A program made the translations under genes and the position numbers. From a bacterium (GTDB lineage: Bacteria; Electryoneota; JAOADG01): DNA of 64,000 nt. How positions within the stretch are numbered: the first letter of the stretch is position 1; every line of letters begins with the position of its first letter. A model generated the notes under the pieces. The model did not search any database and was not told the DNA's origin. It saw only the letters and a program-made list of their open reading frames with translations. Below, piece after piece: positions 1-9,723 of the stretch. The DNA lies in assembly GCA_963681965.1 (NCBI GenBank), contig OY820579.1, forward strand, positions 3,488,001-3,552,000. Reading direction: 5' to 3'.

Positions 1-474
1 ACGGATCAGCAGAGCCGAAGCCCCAGTTGTCCCGAATAAATTCGCAATCACCGCGCCGATCCCAAGCAACACTACATTCAGTATCGGTCGACCCGGCTTC
101 CAGAGATGAATCAGAATCCCACCCGTCACGATAAATAGCGAACCAATTAGACAAATAAAGCTGATATATTCATGAGCTGTACCGATCAGTCGATCGGTAT
201 ACTGCAAGCCGAACAGGTAATAGCCGACGACGACAGCACCGAATCCACCGGCAATCCAACCATAAAATTTTTCCCAGAAGTGCTTGGCGAGAAGTGGTAA
301 TGTCGCGATTGCCAGCAACAGCAAGCCAAACGGCAGGATCCAAAGCGGGTGAATCGGGGGTTCCGGGGTCGCACCAGTCGACGCGAATGCGGGAACAGCG
401 GTGAAGATCAGTAGCATCGATCGGAAACCGAAAAGCGAGTACCGGCGTTTTCCTTGAGATAGCGGGAATAACAT
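1..474 (-). CDS. Putative Na+/H+ antiporter / citrate-transporter-like membrane protein (N-terminal part; runs off the window edge)
   Basis: Not in the ORF track. Manual translation from ATG at 474 (GAGG upstream) gives MLFPLS...LWILPFGLLLLAIATLPLLAKHFWEK...HEYISFICLIGSLFIVTGGI...IGAVIANLFGTTGASALLIR. The EYISFI.L.GSLF...GG and GTTGAS.LLIR motifs are typical of this family. Confidence 0.8.
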   Translation of the reverse strand, partial: MLFPLSQGKRRYSLFGFRSMLLIFTAVPAFASTGATPEPPIHPLWILPFGLLLLAIATLPLLAKHFWEKFYGWIAGGFGAVVVGYYLFGLQYTDRLIGTAHEYISFICLIGSLFIVTGGILIHLWKPGRPILNVVLLGIGAVIANLFGTTGASALLIR

Positions 475-589
475 GAATACCTCTTACCCGAACGAGTCGA
501 ATTCGTTCCGATATTAAAGTATTATCTTCGAAGAGCTGTTGCAAACGCAAGTTCAGACTTCTACTTTACCTGATTGGAGGATCCTCACG

Positions 590-1507
590 ATGAGAACTAT
601 TGTCTGGTTATTGATTTTCACACTTCCAGTCATTGCATTTGCCAGTGTCGGCGAAGCAGGTTTTGATCTACTACGCCGCGATCTGAACGCCGCTTCGGTC
701 GGTATCGCGTCGGCAAGCGTGGCGTTCCCGCAAACGACCGCTTTCGGCGGCAATCCCGCCGCATTGGCGGACAAGACCTCGCGCATTGCCAGCCTTAGTT
801 ACGTCGACGATCCGCTCGACTTGAAATCGGGCGTACTCCAGTATGCCCAACCGTGGCGCGAATACACCGTCGGAGCTCGGCTGCAATATTACGATTATGG
901 TACCTTTGACCGCATCAACGCGACCGGTCAGAAACTCGGCACCTTTACCGCCAACGACATATTTATCGCGGCAGCAATAGCACGCCGGTTTAACGATGTC
1001 ACTATCGGAATCGAACCCGGTTTCATTTCATCGAAGATCGAATCCTACTCGGCGTCCGCCTTGACTGTTTCGGGGGGCATTCAGTATACTCCGAAGTTTA
1101 TCTCGTTGTTGCGCGTCGGTGCCGATATCCGCAATCTGGGTGTCAATACGAAGAAATATGTCAGTCAGACCACCAAATTGCCGACGGAAATCCGCCTCGG
1201 TCTTGCCAAGAAACTCGAACACCTCCCGTTGACACTGCTTGCACAAGGGAATAAATGGTCGGATACCGACTGGTATCTCAATGCCGGCGGGGAATTCGAG
1301 ATCGCAAAATCGTTTTTGCTTCGTGGTGGCTACTCGACTATCGGTAAGGATCAGAAGTCGGTTGGATCGAATGAATCGACTGCCGGACTTTCTGCCGGTT
1401 TTGGCATGAAATATCGCGATTATCTGTTCGATTTTGCCTATGCGATGCAAGGATCCGTGGGTGATCGCTTATTCCTGCAATTTTCCTGGTTACCCTCTAA
1501 GAGATGA
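590..1507 (+). CDS. PorV/PorQ-family outer-membrane beta-barrel protein (T9SS-associated)
   Basis: Signal peptide, NPAALA motif, YGTFDR..ATGQ.LGTF.A.D, LRGGY, GLSAGFG, FDFAY; ATG at 590 preceded by GGAGG. Confidence 0.75.
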   Translation: MRTIVWLLIFTLPVIAFASVGEAGFDLLRRDLNAASVGIASASVAFPQTTAFGGNPAALADKTSRIASLSYVDDPLDLKSGVLQYAQPWREYTVGARLQYYDYGTFDRINATGQKLGTFTANDIFIAAAIARRFNDVTIGIEPGFISSKIESYSASALTVSGGIQYTPKFISLLRVGADIRNLGVNTKKYVSQTTKLPTEIRLGLAKKLEHLPLTLLAQGNKWSDTDWYLNAGGEFEIAKSFLLRGGYSTIGKDQKSVGSNESTAGLSAGFGMKYRDYLFDFAYAMQGSVGDRLFLQFSWLPSKR

Positions 1508-1544
1508 TTAAACAACCATTGTTTGATCGTGTCTAACTGGTAAA

Positions 1545-2117
1545 GTGATGGATCGCACAGAAACCGACATTATCCAAGCGGCTGCCGCAGGCGACACTCA
1601 AGCATTCAACCGGTTGGTACTGGTCCATCGCGAAGGTGCGATGCTGCTAGCAACCCGGTTATTGCGATCGGGTCCGGATGCCGAAGATGTCGTGCAAGAC
1701 GCGTTTGTGAAAGCTTGGCGCGAATTACCCTCATTCCGGGGCGATAGTGCCTTTTCATCGTGGTTATACCGAATCGTTTACAATTTGTCGCTGAATAAGT
1801 TGCGGGGCAGAAAAATACGACGGTTTCTGCGAATTGCCGACGAAGTGGAAGAGGATACCGAGGAATATGGCGAAATTCTGACCAGCGATGCACCGGAACC
1901 CGACGAATTGTTGATCTTAAAAGAACGTCGCGAGCGGTTGGAACAGGCTTTAAAAAAATTGCCGGCGAAACAGCGAGCAGTCTTTACGATGCGTCATGAG
2001 CAGGGGCTCTCGAACACCGAGATTGCCGAAATCACCGGAAAAAGTGAAGGATCAGTAAAAGCGAATTTCAGTTTTGCCGTTGCGAAATTGAAACAAGCTT
2101 TAGAAGAGTACCGATGA
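1545..2117 (+). CDS. ECF (sigma-70 group 4) RNA polymerase sigma factor
   Basis: DAEDVVQDAFVKAW, FSSWLYRIVYN region 2 and region 4 HTH (EIAEITGKSEGSVK). Confidence 0.92.
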   Translation: MMDRTETDIIQAAAAGDTQAFNRLVLVHREGAMLLATRLLRSGPDAEDVVQDAFVKAWRELPSFRGDSAFSSWLYRIVYNLSLNKLRGRKIRRFLRIADEVEEDTEEYGEILTSDAPEPDELLILKERRERLEQALKKLPAKQRAVFTMRHEQGLSNTEIAEITGKSEGSVKANFSFAVAKLKQALEEYR

Positions 2118-2638
2118 ACACAAACCGATACAACGACGACGAACTGGAACGATGGGCGGAACAACTTCCGCGCCTCGGACCGGACCACGTCTCGCACAAC
2201 GCGCTCAACCGCGTCTCGATCGGTGTGGCGGCACGGATTGCCAAACGCGGGTTTCGACTCGAACGCTGGTTCAGCTTCGGTCAACCTGTCTTGACAGCCG
2301 GTATTACGGTGGTGCTTGCAGGGTGGTTGCTGCTATATCATCCGACCAATATTACACAAACGTTGAAGACCGAGACGGCTGGGAGCGATCTGATTGCTTC
2401 ACTGGCACCGCTGGTCAATTCAACATCCTTAAATCAAATTACAGCAGACGATATCGATTCCTTGATGCTGGAAGTCGCACCGGAACTGAATACCAATCAA
2501 ACCGATTTGGCTTCGGCGGTGGTCGCGATCGAATTCGACGAAGATGATGCAATCGATACGATGACTCCGGCGGAACAGGCGAAGATATTGGAATCCCTCG
2601 CATCCGACCGGAAACTGGATTGGAGTGAAATGTTATGA
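2114..2638 (+). CDS. Putative single-pass membrane anti-sigma factor
   Basis: ATGA overlap with the sigma gene; one TM helix (LTAGITVVLAGWLLLY) and an acidic periplasmic tail. Confidence 0.6.
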   Translation: MNTNRYNDDELERWAEQLPRLGPDHVSHNALNRVSIGVAARIAKRGFRLERWFSFGQPVLTAGITVVLAGWLLLYHPTNITQTLKTETAGSDLIASLAPLVNSTSLNQITADDIDSLMLEVAPELNTNQTDLASAVVAIEFDEDDAIDTMTPAEQAKILESLASDRKLDWSEML

Positions 2639-3168
2639 AACGGCTATTACTGGTTATCATGCTGTTGTTACCGTTATTCGCGTTTGCCGAAGCGGTGGGC
2701 GGTCCCGACAAAGAGCCACGCGACAACAAGCAGTGGAATGAGCAACTTGAAACCGTGCTGATTGCACGATTGACGCGAATGCTTGATTTGAAATCGGATC
2801 AGGCGAAAGAATTTTTCCCACTATTCAACGATTTTCAGGAAAAGGGACGGCAATTGCGACGCGAGCGCCAGGATGCAATGATGCGGATACGGCAATTCGG
2901 CGATCCGGGTGCAACACCATCCATGGTGGAAGTGCAACGGGCGGTGCGCGATCTATCGGAAATTGGTAGGAAGCAGGTCGATGCGCTGCAATTGTTCTCG
3001 GATCAATCGGCGAAAGTGCTCTCGCCGCGGCAGATTGCACGCCTCAATTTATTCATGATCAAATTCCCGGAACGACTGGAACAGATTCTCCGCGAACGCA
3101 AAGGGATGGGCGGTCCCGGACAGCATTTCCGAGGTGGACGCGATGCCCCGCCGGATGATGATGAGTAA
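2635..3168 (+). CDS. Periplasmic Spy/CpxP-like helical protein
   Basis: Signal peptide, LDLKSDQAKEF and LSPRQ (LTxxQ-like) motifs; translationally coupled to the anti-sigma gene. Confidence 0.65.
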   Translation: MKRLLLVIMLLLPLFAFAEAVGGPDKEPRDNKQWNEQLETVLIARLTRMLDLKSDQAKEFFPLFNDFQEKGRQLRRERQDAMMRIRQFGDPGATPSMVEVQRAVRDLSEIGRKQVDALQLFSDQSAKVLSPRQIARLNLFMIKFPERLEQILRERKGMGGPGQHFRGGRDAPPDDDE

Positions 3169-3191
3169 ATCGATTGAGAGTTGATAAAAAA

Positions 3192-3221
3192 ACAATCCCC
3201 AGACAGTTGTCTGGGGATTGT
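3192..3221. terminator. Intrinsic terminator between convergent genes
   Basis: ACAATCCCCAGAC-AGTT-GTCTGGGGATTGT stem, preceded by an A run. Confidence 0.7.
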
Positions 3222-3243
3222 GCATTTAGAGAAATTCTAGTGA

Positions 3244-4371
3244 TTATCGCGCATAAACCCAAATCACATTGTAGAATTTTCCCTCGTCATTTCTTTCAAG
3301 ATAAAATCTGATGATTTTCCGGTTACTGGCATCTTTCACTTCACACTCGGGTTTTCCATCATCCATACTATCTTCGAAATGCGATGTCGGAAGACACATT
3401 CGTAAACTAGCTTTCAAGCTGTTGAACTGTGTCTCTGCTTCAGTTCTCGTCTGGTAATCGAACGAACATGAATACCGTGATTTGCTAGATCCAAGAGAGA
3501 TGTAGATGACCGATTTTCTTGCACCCGGTAATTTAGTGTCCGTTGAATATCGGACAGAGGACGTTTCAACAATACTTGGAATTTTTTCTCCTTTGATGTC
3601 ATCGAAACTATCTTCGGAAGCATCCAAGACTTGTTTTAATACACTACAAAACTCGGTATTTGATCCAGTACTACTAGGGTCGGGATCAATATGAATTGAT
3701 TGATTGGGATCACTTCTCTGCAAATTCTTGGCTTGAATTAATCCATTATCATACGCATCATCTAAATCTGTTCCTCTTTTGGCTGCTTGAAATCCTGCAA
3801 CCATTGAAGTAATTCGTTGTTTCGGAGTTCCGTGATGTTGAGGTGAACGAAAACCGTAGTCACCCATTTCGTAAAGACTTCGTGCAAAAACTTCGATATT
3901 AGTCGGAGCAAAATACGATTTAATCCCTAAATAGTAACCGGCGAGATAATCTGCTTGAAGTTCTTTGGTTGGTACTGACTCTTCAAGTTCCTGTTCGTCC
4001 TGATAAAAATGTGCAAATTCGTGTGCCATGATACCGGCAATTGCATGCTCGCCAGGAAATCCACCATTTTCCCACAATTGTGTAACAAGTAATGTCCGAC
4101 CAAATAATAAACAGTTATTATCTACGTCTGCGTAGGCATTTGCAGGATAATCCGAAAACATCCACAACGATGGTGAAACGTGAAAAATATTGTATAGATA
4201 TCCTGCTTCAACATTGAATTTATTATCCAAGATCAAATTTCCCGATGTCTTGGTTAATCCAGCTACTCTTGACTCAGCACCGTTATAAAAACAACCTTCA
4301 GCGAAACAAACTGATGAGTAAGATAATAGCATAACCAATATGATTATTCTTAATAAATCATAAATCTTCAT
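3244..4371 (-). CDS. Secreted neutral zinc metallopeptidase (HExxH) with a C-terminal extra domain
   Basis: AHEFAH, ELQADYLAG and HGTPKQR motifs; signal peptide; ATG at 4371 follows GGAGGA; AT-rich. Confidence 0.75.
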   Translation of the reverse strand: MKIYDLLRIIILVMLLSYSSVCFAEGCFYNGAESRVAGLTKTSGNLILDNKFNVEAGYLYNIFHVSPSLWMFSDYPANAYADVDNNCLLFGRTLLVTQLWENGGFPGEHAIAGIMAHEFAHFYQDEQELEESVPTKELQADYLAGYYLGIKSYFAPTNIEVFARSLYEMGDYGFRSPQHHGTPKQRITSMVAGFQAAKRGTDLDDAYDNGLIQAKNLQRSDPNQSIHIDPDPSSTGSNTEFCSVLKQVLDASEDSFDDIKGEKIPSIVETSSVRYSTDTKLPGARKSVIYISLGSSKSRYSCSFDYQTRTEAETQFNSLKASLRMCLPTSHFEDSMDDGKPECEVKDASNRKIIRFYLERNDEGKFYNVIWVYAR

Positions 4372-4884
4372 AGCATATTCCTCCAATTGAAGATACAACC
4401 TAACTATTACTAGAAATTCATAAGTCATTAATTAGTAATAGCAAACTATTTTCCATTTATAAATAATACACAAATATTATAATTATGTCAATGTGTAGCA
4501 TTAATATTTTATTCTCCATCGGTTTACTCGAGAAATAAAATGTAGGGATCGATTCTTTTCAAAAGCTCGATTCTTGAAGCGAACAGATATGAACTCGTGC
4601 AAAACTGGTTCGAAGTTATATGCAACTCGTCTTTGGGGTATTGAATTTTGTCGCAGGTTCAAAATCATCAAGATTTGTTTTGGGTCGTCAACTGGATGAT
4701 TCACAATTAAGAAGAGCGCAAGAATTATCTGGATCGGTATCTAAGTTGAGATTGCAGCATCATGTGTAGTCGGACATATGCGAACCGGACAGTTAAAGGT
4801 TTCAATGGTGAGTGATAGGCTTTACTGGCTTGGTTGCGTAAGGATATCATTGGTAAAACAAAAAAGAAGAAAAGAATAAAAAAA

Positions 4885-4907
4885 CGCAGGCTGAAGCCTG
4901 CGGCTAC
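4885..4907 (-). repeat. REP-like palindrome, family A (GTAGCCGCAGGCTTCAGCCTGCG)
   Basis: Identical copies at 16070-16092(-), 36797-36819(+), 58747-58769(+) and 62342-62364(-); split copy at 25553-25887. Confidence 0.9.
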
Positions 4908-5014
4908 AAAAGATAAAAAAAAGACCGACTGCGGAGAGCCGCAGTTACTGGAGAATCAAGTGAAGTACCGAATCGGAAATCGGTATCGCTGAATTATCGA
5001 GCGAAAAATAACAT

Positions 5015-5797
5015 CTACACTACCGTGCGACTCTTCGGTAATTTCTTCAGAATATTTTTGAATCGCGTCGTTGAGATATAGTGGTCTGCCAGCAGTTTTC
5101 CATCGTAAATGAGATTGAACACTCCGTAGATCGATGGGGCGTTCTGCGCCTCTTTCGGCGACTTCAGCTCCGTCACTTGCAACGCCACTCCAGCTTCGGC
5201 AGCAACTTCCTGCAATTCGGGAATCGCTCGCGCCACCCACGGACATTGATTGCTATAGAGTAATTGAAAACCGGACACCCGTGCCAATTGCGCTTCCCAA
5301 GCAGTGAAATACGGCGGGTCGCCGGACTGCAGCATCTTCACCAAGAGCGAATAACCGGATTTTGTGGTCGCGACTTCGACAAATCCATTCTTCAAGAACA
5401 GACTTTTATCGGCAATAAACGAACCATTTCCGGCAACAACGGCAACACCGCGTTTCCCCAGCAGTTCGGCGTCGGCACAGCAATCGGCGAGGAGCAGCGA
5501 TCCGAGACCATGCTTCTTGTATTTGTTCGGAGTAACCCAGAGACAGTGAATGAAGAGGTAGCCGCTGGCTTGTACCGCACGCCAGCAGTGTTCGCCATCG
5601 ATGTATTCGATGAATCCTACCGATTTGCGTTCATCCTTGACGAACAGGTGTTTGATCTTGAGACCGTGATTGAATTGCGAGCGCACCCACTCCTGTTTTA
5701 AACTGCATCCAGGGTGGCTGTAATTCATAAAACAGGCAGGTGGAAATTTCGATAGATTGGTCTCATTCGTTTCCACCATTGTGATTTGAAGCTTCAT
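5015..5797 (-). CDS. GNAT-family acetyltransferase with a YoaP-like C-terminal domain
   Basis: GFIEYIDGEHCWR, YLFIHCLWV, KKHGLGSLLL (acetyl-CoA motif), YSNQCPW, EAQNAPSIYGVF.LIYDGK. Confidence 0.82.
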   Translation of the reverse strand: MKLQITMVETNETNLSKFPPACFMNYSHPGCSLKQEWVRSQFNHGLKIKHLFVKDERKSVGFIEYIDGEHCWRAVQASGYLFIHCLWVTPNKYKKHGLGSLLLADCCADAELLGKRGVAVVAGNGSFIADKSLFLKNGFVEVATTKSGYSLLVKMLQSGDPPYFTAWEAQLARVSGFQLLYSNQCPWVARAIPELQEVAAEAGVALQVTELKSPKEAQNAPSIYGVFNLIYDGKLLADHYISTTRFKNILKKLPKSRTVV

Positions 5798-5880
5798 ACT
5801 GTCTCCATCTCAGAGTGTGTGCAGTGCAGTTGTCGATCGTACTTCGATTGCTTCAAACGGATTGACTCATTCCAAATCGG

Positions 5881-6078
5881 TCAGACGGTATTGGTTGGCG
5901 GATGGAAATTGGGAATTCGATCGACCGTCGTTAGGAACAAGCGGAAATGATGCGGTGTCGGCGAATACGCGGGATACTCCTCGAACGCGTCTTTTGGAGC
6001 GCCACAAGCGACACAGGATTCAGGCGGCTCGATACCAGTATGGATATAGCCACAGATACTACAGCGCCATCGTTGCAT
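5881..6078 (-). CDS. Small rubredoxin-like protein
   Basis: WRCSICGY..TG..PPESCVACGAPKDAF (two CxxC knuckles). Confidence 0.7.
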   Translation of the reverse strand: MQRWRCSICGYIHTGIEPPESCVACGAPKDAFEEYPAYSPTPHHFRLFLTTVDRIPNFHPPTNTV

Positions 6079-6263
6079 AAGTGCTCCCGGGTGAAGTCTA
6101 TTGCAGAGTTCGATTTCCGGTACTACGTTATCGCAAGAAACGGATAACTGTTATAATCTGCAATTATTCGTCGATCTTTTCAAGCCAATTTTTCAATTTG
6201 ATAAAATTTTTCGATCGTCGTTCACCTAGTCCGATACAACCCATTCGAATTTCGGGACAAACA

Positions 6264-8045
6264 ATGCTTACTCAACTCGACTGGATTATACTTGCGATCT
6301 ACCTGATTATCTCCCTAGTCGCCGGATTGGCACTGTCACGCCGGGCGAACACCAATACGGAAGAGTACTTTCTGTCGGGTCGCGCGCTGCCGTGGTGGCT
6401 GCTCGGCACCAGTATTGTCGCGACCAGTTTCTCTTCGGATACTCCCCTCTATGTAACCAATCTGGTTCGCAAAGGGGGCGTCGCCGAGAATTGGCAGTGG
6501 TGGAGCTTCGCGATTGGAGGGATGCTCGGAGCGGTGTGGCTGGCACCGATGTGGCGGCGTGCCGGGGTCTTGACCGATGTCGAATTGACCGAATTGCGCT
6601 ATAGCGGGAAAGTTGCCGGTTTTTTACGAGGTTTTCGTGGTATTTGGCTGGCATTGCTGGTTAACAGCATCGGCATGGGCTGGGTGATGCTCGGGATGGC
6701 GAAAATCGCCTTCGTCTGTTTCGGATGGGATAAAGCACTCTCACTGACCATTCTTTGCAGTGTCACGCTGATCTATACCTTACTCGGAGGGTTGTGGGGT
6801 GCAATCCTAACCGATTTCGTTCAGTACATCATTGCTCAAGTCGGTGCGATTCTACTCGCTGTCTTCGCAGTGCAAGCGGTGGGCGGTCTTGGAAAACTTC
6901 AGGCTTTCCTCCACGATACCACTAATTGGCAACCGAATGGCGTTGTCCCGGTTAATCCGACCGCTATGGTACCCTCGATTTACGGATCGGATGGTCTAAT
7001 TACCGCGGCATTCGGTGCATTCTGCGTCTATGCGCTGATTCAGTGGTGGGCAAATCTCAACAGCGATGGCGGCGGGAAAGTCATTCAGCGACTGATGGCG
7101 GCTCGCAACGAACGGCAAGCGATGGGTGGATTCTTTTGGTTCAATATTGCCAACTACGCTATTCGGACTTGGCCGTGGGTAATCGTAGCACTTGCCAGTT
7201 TCATGTTGTATCCGAAGGTTGTCGATCCGGAAATGACCTATCCGCAGATGATGGTGGATTTGCTCCCGTCGGGGGTACTGGGGATCATGCTCGCCAGCTT
7301 TCTCGCGGCATTTATGTCGACCATCACCAGTCAGGTGAATTGGGGCGCTAGCTACCTGATGAATGACGTTTACCGCAGATTCATTGTTAAGGATAAACAC
7401 GACAAACACTATCTGAACATGGGGTGGGTGTTTTCGACTATAGTATTGATTATCGGCGGATTGGCAGCATATCTCGCTCAGAGTGTCACGACCGCATTTC
7501 AGTTTGTGATTACGCTTGGCGCCGGGGTCGGTCCGGTCTATCTGCTGCGATGGTTGTGGTGGCGAGTCAACGCTACGGCGGAATTATCGGCGCTGCTGAT
7601 GAGTACGTTGCTTGCGGCACTCTGGGTGTTTGTCAAACCGGAATGGGCAACGTTTGCGGTAAAATTGATCATTACCGGCTTCCCGACGATGCTGCTGGCA
7701 ATTGTCGTCGCACTGCTAACGAAACCAACCAGTATGGAACGATTGGTGGAATTCTACCGCCGCACCAAACCACCGGGATGGTGGAAACCGGTAGCAGAAG
7801 CGGCTAAGACATTTCCTGCCAGCGCGACCACAGTCGAAGTACCGCCCATGAACGGGAAATTGATTTTGTGGCACTGGCTACTTGGTCTCGGTCTGATTTT
7901 CGGACTAACATTTGGTATCGGGTGGTTACTACTCGGCGAAACACTCATGGGATGGATCGGATTGGTTGTCGGCATTATCTGTGGCATACTCATCTGGCGC
8001 GACTATTGGACAGCACCACCAGCGCTAAAACCGACAGTATCATAA
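6264..8045 (+). CDS. Sodium:solute symporter (SSS family)
   Basis: EEYFLSGRALPWWLLGTSIVATSFSSDTP, LAAFMSTI; about 14 TM helices; likely start MLTQLDW at 6264. Confidence 0.9.
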   Translation: MLTQLDWIILAIYLIISLVAGLALSRRANTNTEEYFLSGRALPWWLLGTSIVATSFSSDTPLYVTNLVRKGGVAENWQWWSFAIGGMLGAVWLAPMWRRAGVLTDVELTELRYSGKVAGFLRGFRGIWLALLVNSIGMGWVMLGMAKIAFVCFGWDKALSLTILCSVTLIYTLLGGLWGAILTDFVQYIIAQVGAILLAVFAVQAVGGLGKLQAFLHDTTNWQPNGVVPVNPTAMVPSIYGSDGLITAAFGAFCVYALIQWWANLNSDGGGKVIQRLMAARNERQAMGGFFWFNIANYAIRTWPWVIVALASFMLYPKVVDPEMTYPQMMVDLLPSGVLGIMLASFLAAFMSTITSQVNWGASYLMNDVYRRFIVKDKHDKHYLNMGWVFSTIVLIIGGLAAYLAQSVTTAFQFVITLGAGVGPVYLLRWLWWRVNATAELSALLMSTLLAALWVFVKPEWATFAVKLIITGFPTMLLAIVVALLTKPTSMERLVEFYRRTKPPGWWKPVAEAAKTFPASATTVEVPPMNGKLILWHWLLGLGLIFGLTFGIGWLLLGETLMGWIGLVVGIICGILIWRDYWTAPPALKPTVS

Positions 8046-8069
8046 ACTACTGAAACAAGGAGTACTGCG

Positions 8070-8282
8070 ATGAAATGGGAATATCGGGTGATTACGATTG
8101 CTTCCGAAAATTACAAGGAATCGACCAAACAACTGGAAGCCAGGCTAAACGAATTGGGCAGCGACGGCTGGGAAGCAGTCAACGTTACTGTCGTCGGGCA
8201 CGAAGGGTACCCGAACTTTCTGTATGTTTGCGTCAAACGTCCATTTTGTCCCAAGTGTCAAGCAGATGAAACCGCAGGTTAA
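8070..8282 (+). CDS. DUF4177-like small protein
   Basis: MKWEYRV...LNELGSDGWEAV..V...KRP pattern; AAGGAG RBS. Confidence 0.75.
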   Translation: MKWEYRVITIASENYKESTKQLEARLNELGSDGWEAVNVTVVGHEGYPNFLYVCVKRPFCPKCQADETAG

Positions 8283-8364
8283 AATTATGTTTAGAGTATT
8301 CGCGTTCTATTCTTGCTTTCGGTAATGCGATATACTATCATATTGGATATTTCGAGGAATTACT

Positions 8365-9723
8365 ATGAACCCGTTGATTTTTCGTGAATACGATATTCGT
8401 GGGATTATTGATATCGATTTAGACGAAGAAACTGCAGTACTAATCGGTAAAGCGTATGGCACATTTGCCAAGCGTCGTGGCGCGAAAAAAGTGGCTTTGG
8501 GACGCGATGGTCGCTTGTCGGGACCGCGTCTGGAACCGGCAGTAAGCGATGGCATCTGCTCCACCGGAGTATCCGTGGTTCGTTTGGGTATGGTTCCTAC
8601 TCCGGTTTTGTATTATGTCGCGACAACTGGCGGGGTCGATGGTGGTTTGCAGATCACCGGATCGCATAATCCACCGAACTACAACGGCTTCAAAGGAATG
8701 GTCGGCGAAGATACCTTGCATGGACCACACATTCAGGAACTTCTCCGGATCATTCAGGAAAACGATTTTGAAATAGGAACCGGTGAAGTAGAATATTTAG
8801 AACCAATTCCCCGGTATCTTGAAGATCTCGGCGGCAGACTGAATGCGAAAAAGAAAATCCGGGTGGTTCTCGATGCCGGTAATGGTGTCGGTGGCATGAC
8901 GGCAGTTCCCCTGTTGAAGCACCTCGGTTGCGAAGTGATCGAACTCTTTACCGATGTCGATGGCAATTTTCCGCATCACGATGCCGATCCAACCGTACCG
9001 AAGAATATGATCGATTTACAGAAAGCGGTGTTGGCAAACCACGCCGATTGCGGTATCGGGCTGGATGGCGACGGTGACCGGATCGGTGTCGTCGATGAAA
9101 AAGGGGAGATGATTTACGGCGATCGGCTATTGATTTTGTTCGCACGACAGGTGCTCGCGGAAAATCCCGGTGCACCGATCCTCGGTGAAGTGAAATGCAG
9201 TCATCTGCTCTACAAAGATATCGAGCTGCACGGCGGTAAAGCGATCATGTGGAAAACCGGTCACTCGCTGATCAAAGCGAAGATGAAAGAAGCGCATGTG
9301 AAACTCGCCGGTGAGATGAGCGGACACATGTTCTTTGCCGACCGATATTACGGCTTCGACGATGCGACTTATGCCAGCGGACGATTTATTGAAATCGTGA
9401 CCAGTGCGACGAAACCGGTTTCAGAGCTACTTTCCGACGTCCCACATACCTTTTCGACACCGGAAATCCGGATCGATTGCGCAGATGAAATTAAATTCGA
9501 TATTATTATCAAAGCGCAAACCGCATTCAAGAAAGAGTACAATGTAATCGACATCGACGGCGCACGCGTGGTCTTTTCCGATGGCTGGGGCTTGGTGCGC
9601 GCATCCAATACACAACCGGTGCTGGTCATGCGATTCGAAGCGGAAACCGAACAACGGTTGGCGGAAATTCGCAATTTGATCGAACAACCAATACTTCGCT
9701 GGATCAAGGAGGCTAATGCATGA
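8365..9723 (+). CDS. Phosphomannomutase/phosphoglucomutase
   Basis: IFREYDIRG, TGSHNP (phospho-Ser), DGDGDR, GEMSGH, RASNTQP. Confidence 0.95.
   Translation: MNPLIFREYDIRGIIDIDLDEETAVLIGKAYGTFAKRRGAKKVALGRDGRLSGPRLEPAVSDGICSTGVSVVRLGMVPTPVLYYVATTGGVDGGLQITGSHNPPNYNGFKGMVGEDTLHGPHIQELLRIIQENDFEIGTGEVEYLEPIPRYLEDLGGRLNAKKKIRVVLDAGNGVGGMTAVPLLKHLGCEVIELFTDVDGNFPHHDADPTVPKNMIDLQKAVLANHADCGIGLDGDGDRIGVVDEKGEMIYGDRLLILFARQVLAENPGAPILGEVKCSHLLYKDIELHGGKAIMWKTGHSLIKAKMKEAHVKLAGEMSGHMFFADRYYGFDDATYASGRFIEIVTSATKPVSELLSDVPHTFSTPEIRIDCADEIKFDIIIKAQTAFKKEYNVIDIDGARVVFSDGWGLVRASNTQPVLVMRFEAETEQRLAEIRNLIEQPILRWIKEANA

Noticed and set aside
170-550. 126-aa minus-strand ORF from the track
   Set aside because: The real gene is in another minus frame (474 to <1) with clear transporter motifs; this ORF has no recognisable features.
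1545-3168. ECF sigma / anti-sigma / Spy-like trio as a novel system
   Set aside because: A common envelope-stress arrangement in FCB bacteria.
5794-5883. Possible selenocysteine read-through of the TGA ending the rubredoxin-like ORF
   Set aside because: The TGA is not at a Cys-motif position, the read-through peptide resembles nothing, and I see no convincing SECIS hairpin.
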